In this document: in pieces, positions 25,087 to 32,000 of the stretch
Position numbering within the stretch: position 1 is the stretch's first letter
Layout of the letters: each line of letters begins with the position of its first letter
NCBI GenBank assembly: GCA_001790095.1
Contig: MGBH01000001.1
Coordinates: forward strand, 1,140,001-1,172,000
Origin: Candidatus Saccharimonadota bacterium
Lineage (GTDB): Bacteria > Patescibacteriota > Microgenomatia > UBA1406 > GWC2-37-13
Length of the DNA: 32,000 nucleotides
Direction of reading: 5' to 3'
The notes under the pieces: generated by a model
Seen by the model: only the letters and a program-made list of their open reading frames with translations
Database searches by the model: none
What the model was told of the DNA's origin: nothing
Position numbers and translations under genes: made by a program

Positions 25087-25959
25087 ATGAAACAAAATAA
25101 AGGATTTATACCAATCATTATTGCAATTGTAGCGGTTGTTGCCGTTGGCGCTGTCGGCTTTTTTATGTTAAGTAAAAGTAAGTCTGGAGGAGCTATTCCT
25201 GCCATTAAGATCCCCGGTACTTCGGGAATTGGGTTGAATACAAACTGCAAACTCAACGATCCAGAACTTTGTCGGTATATGGATAAAAGCATAAAAATGG
25301 CTGATAGTTATAAGACCGGATTTATTGGATCTTCAACCACTACCGATAAAACAGGCAAAAAGTCAGAAAGTAGATGGGAGATGAGGGATGACAGGACTCA
25401 TTTTGTGACTTTGGAAAACGGAAAAGAACAGTCAAACATCATTGTGATAGGGAATACGACATATACTAAAGATCTCAGTGATAATAAATGGACTAAATTT
25501 ACCCTCAAATCAGAACAAGGAGACAAGAATCTTTTTAGTTTTGATGTTGAGGAGATGAAGAACAGATTCAAAGACACTATAAAAGATACGGAAGATAAGA
25601 TGACTTATAAATCATTAGGTAAAGAATCGTGCGGCAGTCTAACCTGTTTTAAATATGAGATTATTAATCCCCTAGTGACAGATATAAAAGAATATGTATA
25701 TTTTGATGATCAAGAATATATTATGCGCAAGATGCGAATTGAAGACAAATCGGGGCTTGTTACAGAAACGATGTTTGAGTTCAAGACCGTTACGATAGAT
25801 GAGCCATCACCTATAAAAGAGAGTCCGGCATCCAATCTATTTGAAGATCAAGGATCATCCACATCATCAATCGATGCGGAAAAACTGCAGCAGTTTATCG
25901 AACAGATGAAGTCAGAAGGTTCGCAGCCATCTGAAGAAACATCGGAGACAAATGAATAA
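25087..25959 (+). CDS. hypothetical membrane-anchored protein
   Basis: 290 aa with an N-terminal TM and an acidic C-terminus. No family recognised. Confidence 0.45.
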   Translation: MKQNKGFIPIIIAIVAVVAVGAVGFFMLSKSKSGGAIPAIKIPGTSGIGLNTNCKLNDPELCRYMDKSIKMADSYKTGFIGSSTTTDKTGKKSESRWEMRDDRTHFVTLENGKEQSNIIVIGNTTYTKDLSDNKWTKFTLKSEQGDKNLFSFDVEEMKNRFKDTIKDTEDKMTYKSLGKESCGSLTCFKYEIINPLVTDIKEYVYFDDQEYIMRKMRIEDKSGLVTETMFEFKTVTIDEPSPIKESPASNLFEDQGSSTSSIDAEKLQQFIEQMKSEGSQPSEETSETNE

Positions 25960-26584
25960 CGAGCTCAGTGAAGAAAGAATAAATAAAGATTGTCCACATT
26001 GCGATCCAAAATCATTCGCATTAACCAACAAGCTTGAGGAAACCGAGAGGTTTTGGATCGTTTGCGATGTTCATCTTCTCACAGAAGGACACATTCTCAT
26101 AGTGCCAAAAAAACACATTTCTTGTATGGGAAATTATCCAAATGAGTATTATAAGGAGTTTTTAGAACATCATAAGAAAATTTCTTCATTCATTTTGAAA
26201 ACTTATGGTAGTCTTGCGGTTTTTGAACACGGCAAAATCGGTCAGACAGTGTATCATTCCCATGTACACTATTTTCCATACATCGGGAATGAATATAAAA
26301 TCATACCAGAGGGAGAGAAATACTTAATTCCTATTGATTCACTTGATGATTTAAAAAAAATCTATCAAAAAAATGGTAGATATCTTTACTTTTCCCTTAA
26401 TAATAAACAATGGTGTGTTGATGTTTCTTTTGGAGCTAGTCGTTTTTTCCGAGATAGATTTGCCGTTGCTTTGGGTAGATCAGAACGCGGAAATTGGAAA
26501 AAAATGCACGTACATAAAGAGTTAATGATTCAAGCGCATAAAGAGATTGTCTTTCTTGAAAAAAAATGGTTTTCGAAGACATAG
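25952..26584 (+). CDS. HIT-family (histidine triad) protein
   Basis: GHILIVPKKH and the HSHVHYF triad, plus an N-terminal CPHC. It overlaps the upstream ORF by 8 nt. Confidence 0.75.
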   Translation: MNNELSEERINKDCPHCDPKSFALTNKLEETERFWIVCDVHLLTEGHILIVPKKHISCMGNYPNEYYKEFLEHHKKISSFILKTYGSLAVFEHGKIGQTVYHSHVHYFPYIGNEYKIIPEGEKYLIPIDSLDDLKKIYQKNGRYLYFSLNNKQWCVDVSFGASRFFRDRFAVALGRSERGNWKKMHVHKELMIQAHKEIVFLEKKWFSKT

Positions 26585-26607
26585 AAAACTCATGTATCAT
26601 GTAATGT

Positions 26608-27189
26608 ATGAAACAAGAGGAGCTATATGATTTTTTTACACATGCTTCCAAAGCGATACTTTTTCTTCCGCTTGTGATGCTTATCATCATATTGATGAAT
26701 AAACAAAGTGCATACCCGACAAAACAAAAACCATTTCCATCGGTGCCTTTATCAAATACAAAACAGTCTTCTTATTCAAGCCCCACTTCCTCTCTCAATC
26801 TTCAAGGACCGCTTGTGTGCCAAACTCAAACAAAAGACGCAAGTTGGAGCGCTTTTATTGAAAATAAAATCATAGCTGGATTAATAATTAAACCAAAAGA
26901 AACGATCCACGTTGTTGTCCTTCAAGACTGTGCATATATATGGGGAGATAAAAAGACCGGTGAAAAACTATGTGGTTTATCTACATACATTCAACTTGCC
27001 GACACCCTTATGTCTTCAGGGTTAATATCAACGGATACCTTGCTTGATTCAGGTGTAATACCTAAGACTTCGTCATTATCAACAAGTGAGATAAGACAGA
27101 TGATTGGATCATGTAAGAAACAAAAGATTGAGGATAGGCGTGTGTTTGAGGTGCCTAAGGGGATAAAGTTTGTAGAGAAGAAGAAATAG
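26608..27189 (+). CDS. hypothetical membrane-anchored protein
   Basis: 193 aa with one TM. No family recognised. Confidence 0.4.
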   Translation: MKQEELYDFFTHASKAILFLPLVMLIIILMNKQSAYPTKQKPFPSVPLSNTKQSSYSSPTSSLNLQGPLVCQTQTKDASWSAFIENKIIAGLIIKPKETIHVVVLQDCAYIWGDKKTGEKLCGLSTYIQLADTLMSSGLISTDTLLDSGVIPKTSSLSTSEIRQMIGSCKKQKIEDRRVFEVPKGIKFVEKKK

Positions 27190-27199
27190 CCAAAAAAAA

Positions 27200-27319
27200 G
27201 CCCCGGCTACGACCTACTTTCCCTCTGCGAAAACGCAGAAGTATCATAAGCGCTAACTCGTTTCACGACCTTGTTCGGGATGGGAAAGGGTGGTGCCAAG
27301 TCGCTTCAATAACCAGGAC
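27200..27319 (-). rRNA. rrf: 5S ribosomal RNA
   Basis: The minus strand reads GTCCTGGTTATTGAAGCGAC...CCCATCCCGAACAAGGTCGTGAAACG...GGGAAAGTAGGTCGTAGCCGGGGC. The conserved CCGAAC/GTGAAACG and AGTAGGTCG blocks are present. Helix I forms between GTCCTGGT and GCCGGGGC. A T8 run follows the 3' end. Confidence 0.85.
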
Positions 27320-27326
27320 AGCTTAT

Positions 27327-27355
27327 ATTATAAAAAACGGTACTCAAATTATCAA
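27327..27355 (-). promoter_or_regulatory. sigma70-type promoter dedicated to the 5S gene (TTGATA-17 nt-TATAAT)
   Basis: On the minus strand, TTGATA lies at 27355-27350, the spacer is 17 nt, and TATAAT lies at 27332-27327. Seven nt then separate it from the first G of the 5S at 27319. Confidence 0.5.
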
Positions 27356-27421
27356 GAGGAAAATAAACAGGTGAGCGGAATAAGTGTTTGAAAAAACGTA
27401 AAGTAGGCTATAATAATAGAG

Positions 27422-27979
27422 ATGAACGATCTCAAAACATCTCATAAACTGTTTCACTCATTCTGTATTCGACCAACCACCCGCTTTGACTCGCAAAGCA
27501 AAACAGAAGAGGTGTTACTGGTTATTAGAGCTCATCCTATTATCTTAATACCTACTTTTATCAACAGTCTTGCGCTGTTTTTTATACTTTTTTTCCTCAA
27601 TTTTTTTCTTCCTTCGTTTTTGACCATAACTCAAATTCTTTTTATCAATCTTATGTTTCTTGTTTTTTTGGGCAACTACCTTTGGTTTGGATTCCTTAAT
27701 TGGTACTTCAATGTGGGTATCATTACAAATGAGAGGGTAGTAGATGTGGACTATAGCGTTGTGCTTTATAAAGAGATAACTTATACACTTTTAAGTCATG
27801 TTCAAGATGTAACGGCAAAGTCAGGTGGGTTTTTGGAGTCTTTGTTTAATTTTGGAAATCTCTTTGTCCAAACAGCTGGGACAGAGACAAACACGGAGTT
27901 TCTCAATATTCCTCATCCATCAGGTGTTGCAAAGATTATTAACACGTTGATTCAGAACGAAAAGCATATTCATGGATAA
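27422..27979 (+). CDS. membrane protein with bacterial PH (YdbS/YdbT-like) domain
   Basis: 185 aa with two TM helices followed by GIITNERVVDVDY...LFVQTAG, a bPH_2-like pattern. Tentative. Confidence 0.45.
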   Translation: MNDLKTSHKLFHSFCIRPTTRFDSQSKTEEVLLVIRAHPIILIPTFINSLALFFILFFLNFFLPSFLTITQILFINLMFLVFLGNYLWFGFLNWYFNVGIITNERVVDVDYSVVLYKEITYTLLSHVQDVTAKSGGFLESLFNFGNLFVQTAGTETNTEFLNIPHPSGVAKIINTLIQNEKHIHG

Positions 27980-28220
27980 TATAAATATAGACAATATAGG
28001 ATCGTTGATTTCAGGAACTTCGCTTGGATTCTTTTTTATCAAATCATTTAGTATTGTTTTTTCTCTGCTTTTTACCACATATGCGGTGGTGCTTTATAAA
28101 CAGGTTCAAGAGATCTCAAAAGCTGTACAGAACGATCGCAATAAATTTATCATTCTTATATCACTGTTACAGATATTTATTGGCATATTTTTGTTATTTT
28201 TTTCGATATTACTTGTCTAA
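27972..28220 (+). CDS. small membrane protein
   Basis: 82 aa with two TM helices. Its start overlaps the upstream stop by 8 nt. Confidence 0.4.
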   Translation: MDNINIDNIGSLISGTSLGFFFIKSFSIVFSLLFTTYAVVLYKQVQEISKAVQNDRNKFIILISLLQIFIGIFLLFFSILLV

Positions 28221-28232
28221 AAAGCTTATCAC

Positions 28233-29960
28233 ATGCTAGATCCTGTTTTGGCAACATATTCGGAAAAGGCAAAAGGAAATTTATATGCCGGGCACATATC
28301 TGGGCCTGATTTCTATTGTATTTTAGAGATTCCATCCGTCTATCCACAAGAAGAAGGAGATAGTCTACTTCGTAGTATTTATGACTCCGTTGCATCAAAA
28401 AAACCAAGCGATCTTGAGGCGTTTGACCAGACGATCTCTTCCCTTATACAAAAGACCAATCTTCCCATCGACTTTTCTCTTGCTGCAGGGTATCGTTCAG
28501 ACTCAATTTTGTATTTAAAAACGATTGGAACAGGTCAAATATATGTAAAAAAAGAGACTCATTTTGAACAGATAATAGAAGGAGATACTAATGCTTCAGG
28601 ATATATAACAGAACATGATCTGTTTGTTTTGACAACGTCGTATTTTATGGAAAATGAAAAAGGGAAAAAGCGAATACTGGATATATTACACCATAAGAAA
28701 TCTCCACCTGAGATAGTGGATGGTCTTTCAAACAGACCAGAGCACCAAAAAGAAAGGGGAGCGGTTGCGCTATTTGTTTCATTTGAACCACATGAAGATA
28801 AAGAGGAGCAACAAGAAAAAATAGTGATAAAAAAAGAATCATTAGTTAAGGGCTTTCTTACAAAAGCTTTATATATTATAAAAAGCGATAAAAAAAAGAG
28901 AATATTGTTGGTTGGGATAATCGTTGTTTTTCTCATACTTCTTTTCAATGCAGGCAATATGTTTGGTAAGAAACAAAGAGTTGTCAATGAAGTTAAAGTT
29001 GATTCAGTTAGGCAAAAAATAGAAGATCAACTGAAGTCTATAGATATTTCAGATGATGTAAGTCGATCTCTTGGAGTGATCTCTGAAGTCAAAGCAAGCC
29101 TTGAGGAGTTAAAAAAAACAAACAAAACAAAACCCTCCGATCTACAGGAACTGGAGAAACTTATAGGCGAATATGAATCAAAAGTACTCAAAAGAGAAGA
29201 AAAAACCGCTGAAGAGTTTTATGATTTGACCGTTGAAGAAAAAGGCGCGAAAGGTGACCGTGCATATCTTTTTGAAGAACTTTTATCCATACTCAACAAG
29301 GAAGGAAGAATTTATGTTTTATCACTTGAAAGCAAGTCTTTTGAGAAAAAGATCCATGGAGAGATAGCCAATGCACAACTTATTGCTTCATTTGAAAATG
29401 CAGTCTTTTTCTATCGACCAGGAGCGGGTATCTATAAGATTGATAAAGAAAATAAACCAAAAAGAGTCATTGAAAATGACACGTCTTGGGGTAACGTCAT
29501 TGACATGAATATATATAACGGCAATATATATCTTTTAGATAAAGGAAAAGACGAAATTTACAAGTATCTCGTTGCGGAAAATGGATATTCTGACAAGAAT
29601 TCATATGTGCTTTCAGGTAGTTCAACAGATTTTAGCAAAGCAAGTTCTCTAGCGATAGATTCATCAGTATATGTTGGGTTTGACAATTTTATTGTAAAGT
29701 ATTTGGCTGGAGAAAAGCAGGATTTTACTGTACAGTTTCCCGATACTGCAGCAAACACTATTAAAATATTTGCGAATAAAGATAGTGATCAGATATATGC
29801 ATTAGATAAAGCTGAGGGGATTTTATATATCTTTACAAAAGATGGTACATATGTAAAGCAGATCAAATCAAAACAACTTACGGAGGTAGATGATTTTGTA
29901 GTTTACAAAGAAGCCGCATATCTCCTGAACAAATCAAAGATAAGAAAAATCAACCTTTAA
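28233..29960 (+). CDS. hypothetical bitopic protein: N-terminal PP2C-like (apparently degenerate) domain, TM, coiled coil, C-terminal beta-propeller-like repeats
   Basis: 575 aa. TIGTGQIYVKK...DLFVLTTSYF is collinear with the PP2C motifs vGDSR.Y / LLCSDGL but lacks the Asp residues. There is a central TM (ILLVGIIVVFLILLF) and C-terminal repeated IY.LD/IYKY segments. Confidence 0.4.
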   Translation: MLDPVLATYSEKAKGNLYAGHISGPDFYCILEIPSVYPQEEGDSLLRSIYDSVASKKPSDLEAFDQTISSLIQKTNLPIDFSLAAGYRSDSILYLKTIGTGQIYVKKETHFEQIIEGDTNASGYITEHDLFVLTTSYFMENEKGKKRILDILHHKKSPPEIVDGLSNRPEHQKERGAVALFVSFEPHEDKEEQQEKIVIKKESLVKGFLTKALYIIKSDKKKRILLVGIIVVFLILLFNAGNMFGKKQRVVNEVKVDSVRQKIEDQLKSIDISDDVSRSLGVISEVKASLEELKKTNKTKPSDLQELEKLIGEYESKVLKREEKTAEEFYDLTVEEKGAKGDRAYLFEELLSILNKEGRIYVLSLESKSFEKKIHGEIANAQLIASFENAVFFYRPGAGIYKIDKENKPKRVIENDTSWGNVIDMNIYNGNIYLLDKGKDEIYKYLVAENGYSDKNSYVLSGSSTDFSKASSLAIDSSVYVGFDNFIVKYLAGEKQDFTVQFPDTAANTIKIFANKDSDQIYALDKAEGILYIFTKDGTYVKQIKSKQLTEVDDFVVYKEAAYLLNKSKIRKINL

Positions 29961-29963
29961 CCG

Positions 29964-30845
29964 TTATTCAAAAAAATCAGCTTCCTGTTTTTGAAGTGAA
30001 GATACATACACATCGGGGATAAGATAATAGCCTGAAGTACCTTTTGATGATTGTATTATGGATACACCTTCTTTATATTGGTAAAACTGGATCATATATT
30101 CTTGTTTTGATTCCACGATCCTAATCGTAAGTATGGGTAGACTGTCCAAGGCATTTCCTGAAGAACCGATGATATCTGATGCGGTAAGGTTTTTGAGGTT
30201 GTCCAGGAAATAAGTGACAGGATTTATCAAAGCTTTTTTATCACCTATCATCCAGTCACTTTTCTTTTTGACAAGCAAGACATCTCCCTCATCGCTGTTT
30301 ATTGATATGGATTTAATTTGAGATTCATTTTTCAAGAGGTGTGTTTTTAAGTCGCGAAAATCTTCATCTAAAGATATATTTGCTAGTCCATTTCCCAAAA
30401 ACACCTCATCTTCATCATTGAGTTTGGCATAACAAATATCACCAGTATGTTCTTTACCGACATAGATCGTATCATTCTTATCTTGAGTCTTTATAACTAT
30501 GCTTTGTATTCCAATTCCAAGTTCAATATGTTTATTTATATTTTTTGACACAATGGTTTCTTTCGTGATTCCGTTTAGTGTTTTGATCAAAGCTTGAACT
30601 TTTTCCAAATCGGCATTATAGATCTGACCATCTTTTTTTATGGTCCATTTCGTTTTATCCTTTACAACCGTTTGTTTTTTTTGTTCTCCTGTTAGAGTAA
30701 GGCTGATGATGTCCTGCTCATTAAGCGTAAAAATGAAAGGCTGTTTGGAGGGAAGAAACAAAGAGGTGTTTGTGCGTATGACAAGTAGCGTAATAATAAA
30801 GAGACAGGCAGCAAGCAGAATGAGTCTTTTGCGATTTTTTTCCAT
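29964..30845 (-). CDS. hypothetical membrane-anchored protein (DUF4340-like?)
   Basis: 293 aa with an N-terminal TM and then a beta-rich ectodomain. The family guess is weak. Confidence 0.4.
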   Translation of the reverse strand: MEKNRKRLILLAACLFIITLLVIRTNTSLFLPSKQPFIFTLNEQDIISLTLTGEQKKQTVVKDKTKWTIKKDGQIYNADLEKVQALIKTLNGITKETIVSKNINKHIELGIGIQSIVIKTQDKNDTIYVGKEHTGDICYAKLNDEDEVFLGNGLANISLDEDFRDLKTHLLKNESQIKSISINSDEGDVLLVKKKSDWMIGDKKALINPVTYFLDNLKNLTASDIIGSSGNALDSLPILTIRIVESKQEYMIQFYQYKEGVSIIQSSKGTSGYYLIPDVYVSSLQKQEADFFE

Positions 30846-30847
30846 AA

Positions 30848-31417
30848 ATGATAAAATATTATACTATTCTTATGCATAGTAATGAAGAAAAGATAATAAA
30901 GAAACTTGCAAATCGGGACGAAAGAACTCTCCTTTTGTTTTATCGAACGCATCATAAACTACTTGTTCATTTTTTTGAAAAAAAAATTGGAAAGAAAGAT
31001 GTTGCTGAAGAGTTAGCTCAGGACACATTGATAGACCTTATCGAAAATTTACGTGATTTCCGAGGGGAGTCTTCTCTTAAAACATATTTATTTTCGATAG
31101 CAAGAAATAAGATTGTGGACTACATAAAAAAGAAAAAGCTCAAAACGATCTTTTTTTCAGCTCTTCCTTTTCAAATGGTTGAAAACATAATGACAGTTTT
31201 TATGGATGATGGGATCGAAAGAAAAGAATTATCTCAAAAAATAGAGAGAGTAATTACAAAATTGCCGAATGATTATCAACTTATCATAAGACTAAAGTAT
31301 ATGGATGGGGAAAGAGTAAGAGAAATAGCAAAAAAAATGGCGTTGCCATTCAAAGCCACCGAAAGCCTTTTATTTAGGGCACGAAGGGCATTTATAAAAG
31401 CGTTTGACACAGATTAA
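30848..31417 (+). CDS. ECF-type RNA polymerase sigma factor (sigma-70 family, group 4)
   Basis: Region 2 (AEELAQDTLIDLIENLRDFRGESSLKTYLFSIARNKIVDYIKK) and region 4 (LPNDYQLIIRLKYMDGERVREIAKKMALPFKATESLLFRARRAF). The true start is possibly the ATG at 30872. Confidence 0.85.
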   Translation: MIKYYTILMHSNEEKIIKKLANRDERTLLLFYRTHHKLLVHFFEKKIGKKDVAEELAQDTLIDLIENLRDFRGESSLKTYLFSIARNKIVDYIKKKKLKTIFFSALPFQMVENIMTVFMDDGIERKELSQKIERVITKLPNDYQLIIRLKYMDGERVREIAKKMALPFKATESLLFRARRAFIKAFDTD

Positions 31418-31423
31418 TCTCAT

Positions 31424-31657
31424 ATGAAATCAAATTATGCTGGTCTAAGAAATAAGATAAGAGAAGTTTATCTCGTTGAACCAAACGATCTAGGAATACC
31501 TTTGTTGACCTCTCTTTACCGCAAAGTAAACAGATATTTTAAAAAAATGCCATTCGTTATCGTTATCCCGTTGGCTTTTATCCTGGCAATAACGCTTTAT
31601 ATTTTATTTGGATACTTGGTCGTCCGTTTGGCAAGCATGCTCCAATATGGATTCTAA
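31424..31657 (+). CDS. small single-pass membrane protein, possible anti-sigma factor
   Basis: 77 aa located immediately downstream of the ECF sigma gene, with one TM. The call rests on position only. Confidence 0.35.
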   Translation: MKSNYAGLRNKIREVYLVEPNDLGIPLLTSLYRKVNRYFKKMPFVIVIPLAFILAITLYILFGYLVVRLASMLQYGF

Positions 31658-32000
31658 AAACGTAGTATTCAATCTATTTGCTTCTTTTATAATCGTACTC
31701 CGGCGCTTTATCTTTCTCATCATAACCCCATATAAAACAATGAGAAAAATTTCAATGTATGGAGACTATTATCAAACAATAACTATTTTTTTAATGGTTT
31801 TTATATATTTCTTATTTGCCCATATGATGCGTGGATCTGTCATATGGGGAGGGTTTGTCTATGGTGTATTTCTCCTTCTCTTTTTCATAACCACACTCTT
31901 TTTTTATCTGTTTTCCCATGCGTTTGGTTCGGATATGAGATACATGAAGTTTATACATGCCTTTAGCTATACTCTTTTACCAACACTTATTTGGTTCATA
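31647..32000 (+). CDS. multi-pass membrane protein (Yip1-like?), 5' part only (runs off the window end)
   Basis: Absent from the track because it has no stop in the window. The ATG at 31647 reads MDSKNVVFNLFASFIIVLRRFIFLIITPYKTMRKI... and stays open through 32000, overlapping the upstream ORF by 11 nt. Confidence 0.4.
   Translation, partial: MDSKNVVFNLFASFIIVLRRFIFLIITPYKTMRKISMYGDYYQTITIFLMVFIYFLFAHMMRGSVIWGGFVYGVFLLLFFITTLFFYLFSHAFGSDMRYMKFIHAFSYTLLPTLIWFI

Noticed and set aside
1-32000. Alternative genetic code, such as the UGA-recoded code 25 found in some CPR lineages.
   Set aside because: Long ORFs with intact family motifs close on TAA, TAG and TGA under the standard code. An example is the FecR-like TGA stop, which overlaps the cyclase ATG. 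No conserved domain is interrupted by an in-frame TGA.
1-32000. A CRISPR array, prophage, transposase/IS element or integrase.
   Set aside because: I found no regularly spaced short direct repeats and no ORF with integrase, transposase, capsid or terminase motifs. The only long exact repeat is the 119-bp pair at 18922 and 20850.

Overview
AT-rich, gene-dense bacterial window read with the standard genetic code. The gene content suggests a CPR/Patescibacteria-like genome: many small membrane-anchored hypotheticals, an RRM RNA-binding protein, a SET-domain protein, a stand-alone 5S rRNA and a tRNA without encoded CCA. This lineage call is inference only. Positions 1-9.6 kb are mostly housekeeping or regulatory. 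They hold a tightly packed minus-strand array (FecR-like, CHASE2 adenylate cyclase, ZupT, DUF167, Fur/Zur-like, second ZIP), then glnA, then an AbrB / Zn-ribbon / HEAT / DinB-like cluster. Positions 9.7-21.4 kb look accessory. They hold a 1171-aa surface protein, two paralogous Cys-rich secreted proteins, a SET-domain protein and a tRNA-Gln(UUG) locus with clear rearrangement scars. One scar is a GIY-YIG ORF lying between a 5' tRNA-Gln fragment and the intact tRNA. The other is a pair of perfect 119-bp direct repeats, each ending in a mimic of the tRNA 3' end, bracketing a two-gene cassette (2-hydroxyacid dehydrogenase plus a 238-aa unknown). A same-strand motif, GTTGAG(CAT)-N-GGTC-N-GAC, recurs in five intergenic gaps across this accessory stretch. 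Positions 21.5-32 kb carry the RRM protein, a multi-pass membrane protein, a Cas4-like PD-(D/E)XK nuclease, a HIT protein, an isolated 5S rRNA with its own consensus promoter, and an ECF sigma module. No CRISPR array, integrase, transposase or recognisable phage gene was seen. All family names come from motifs read by eye; no database search was run.
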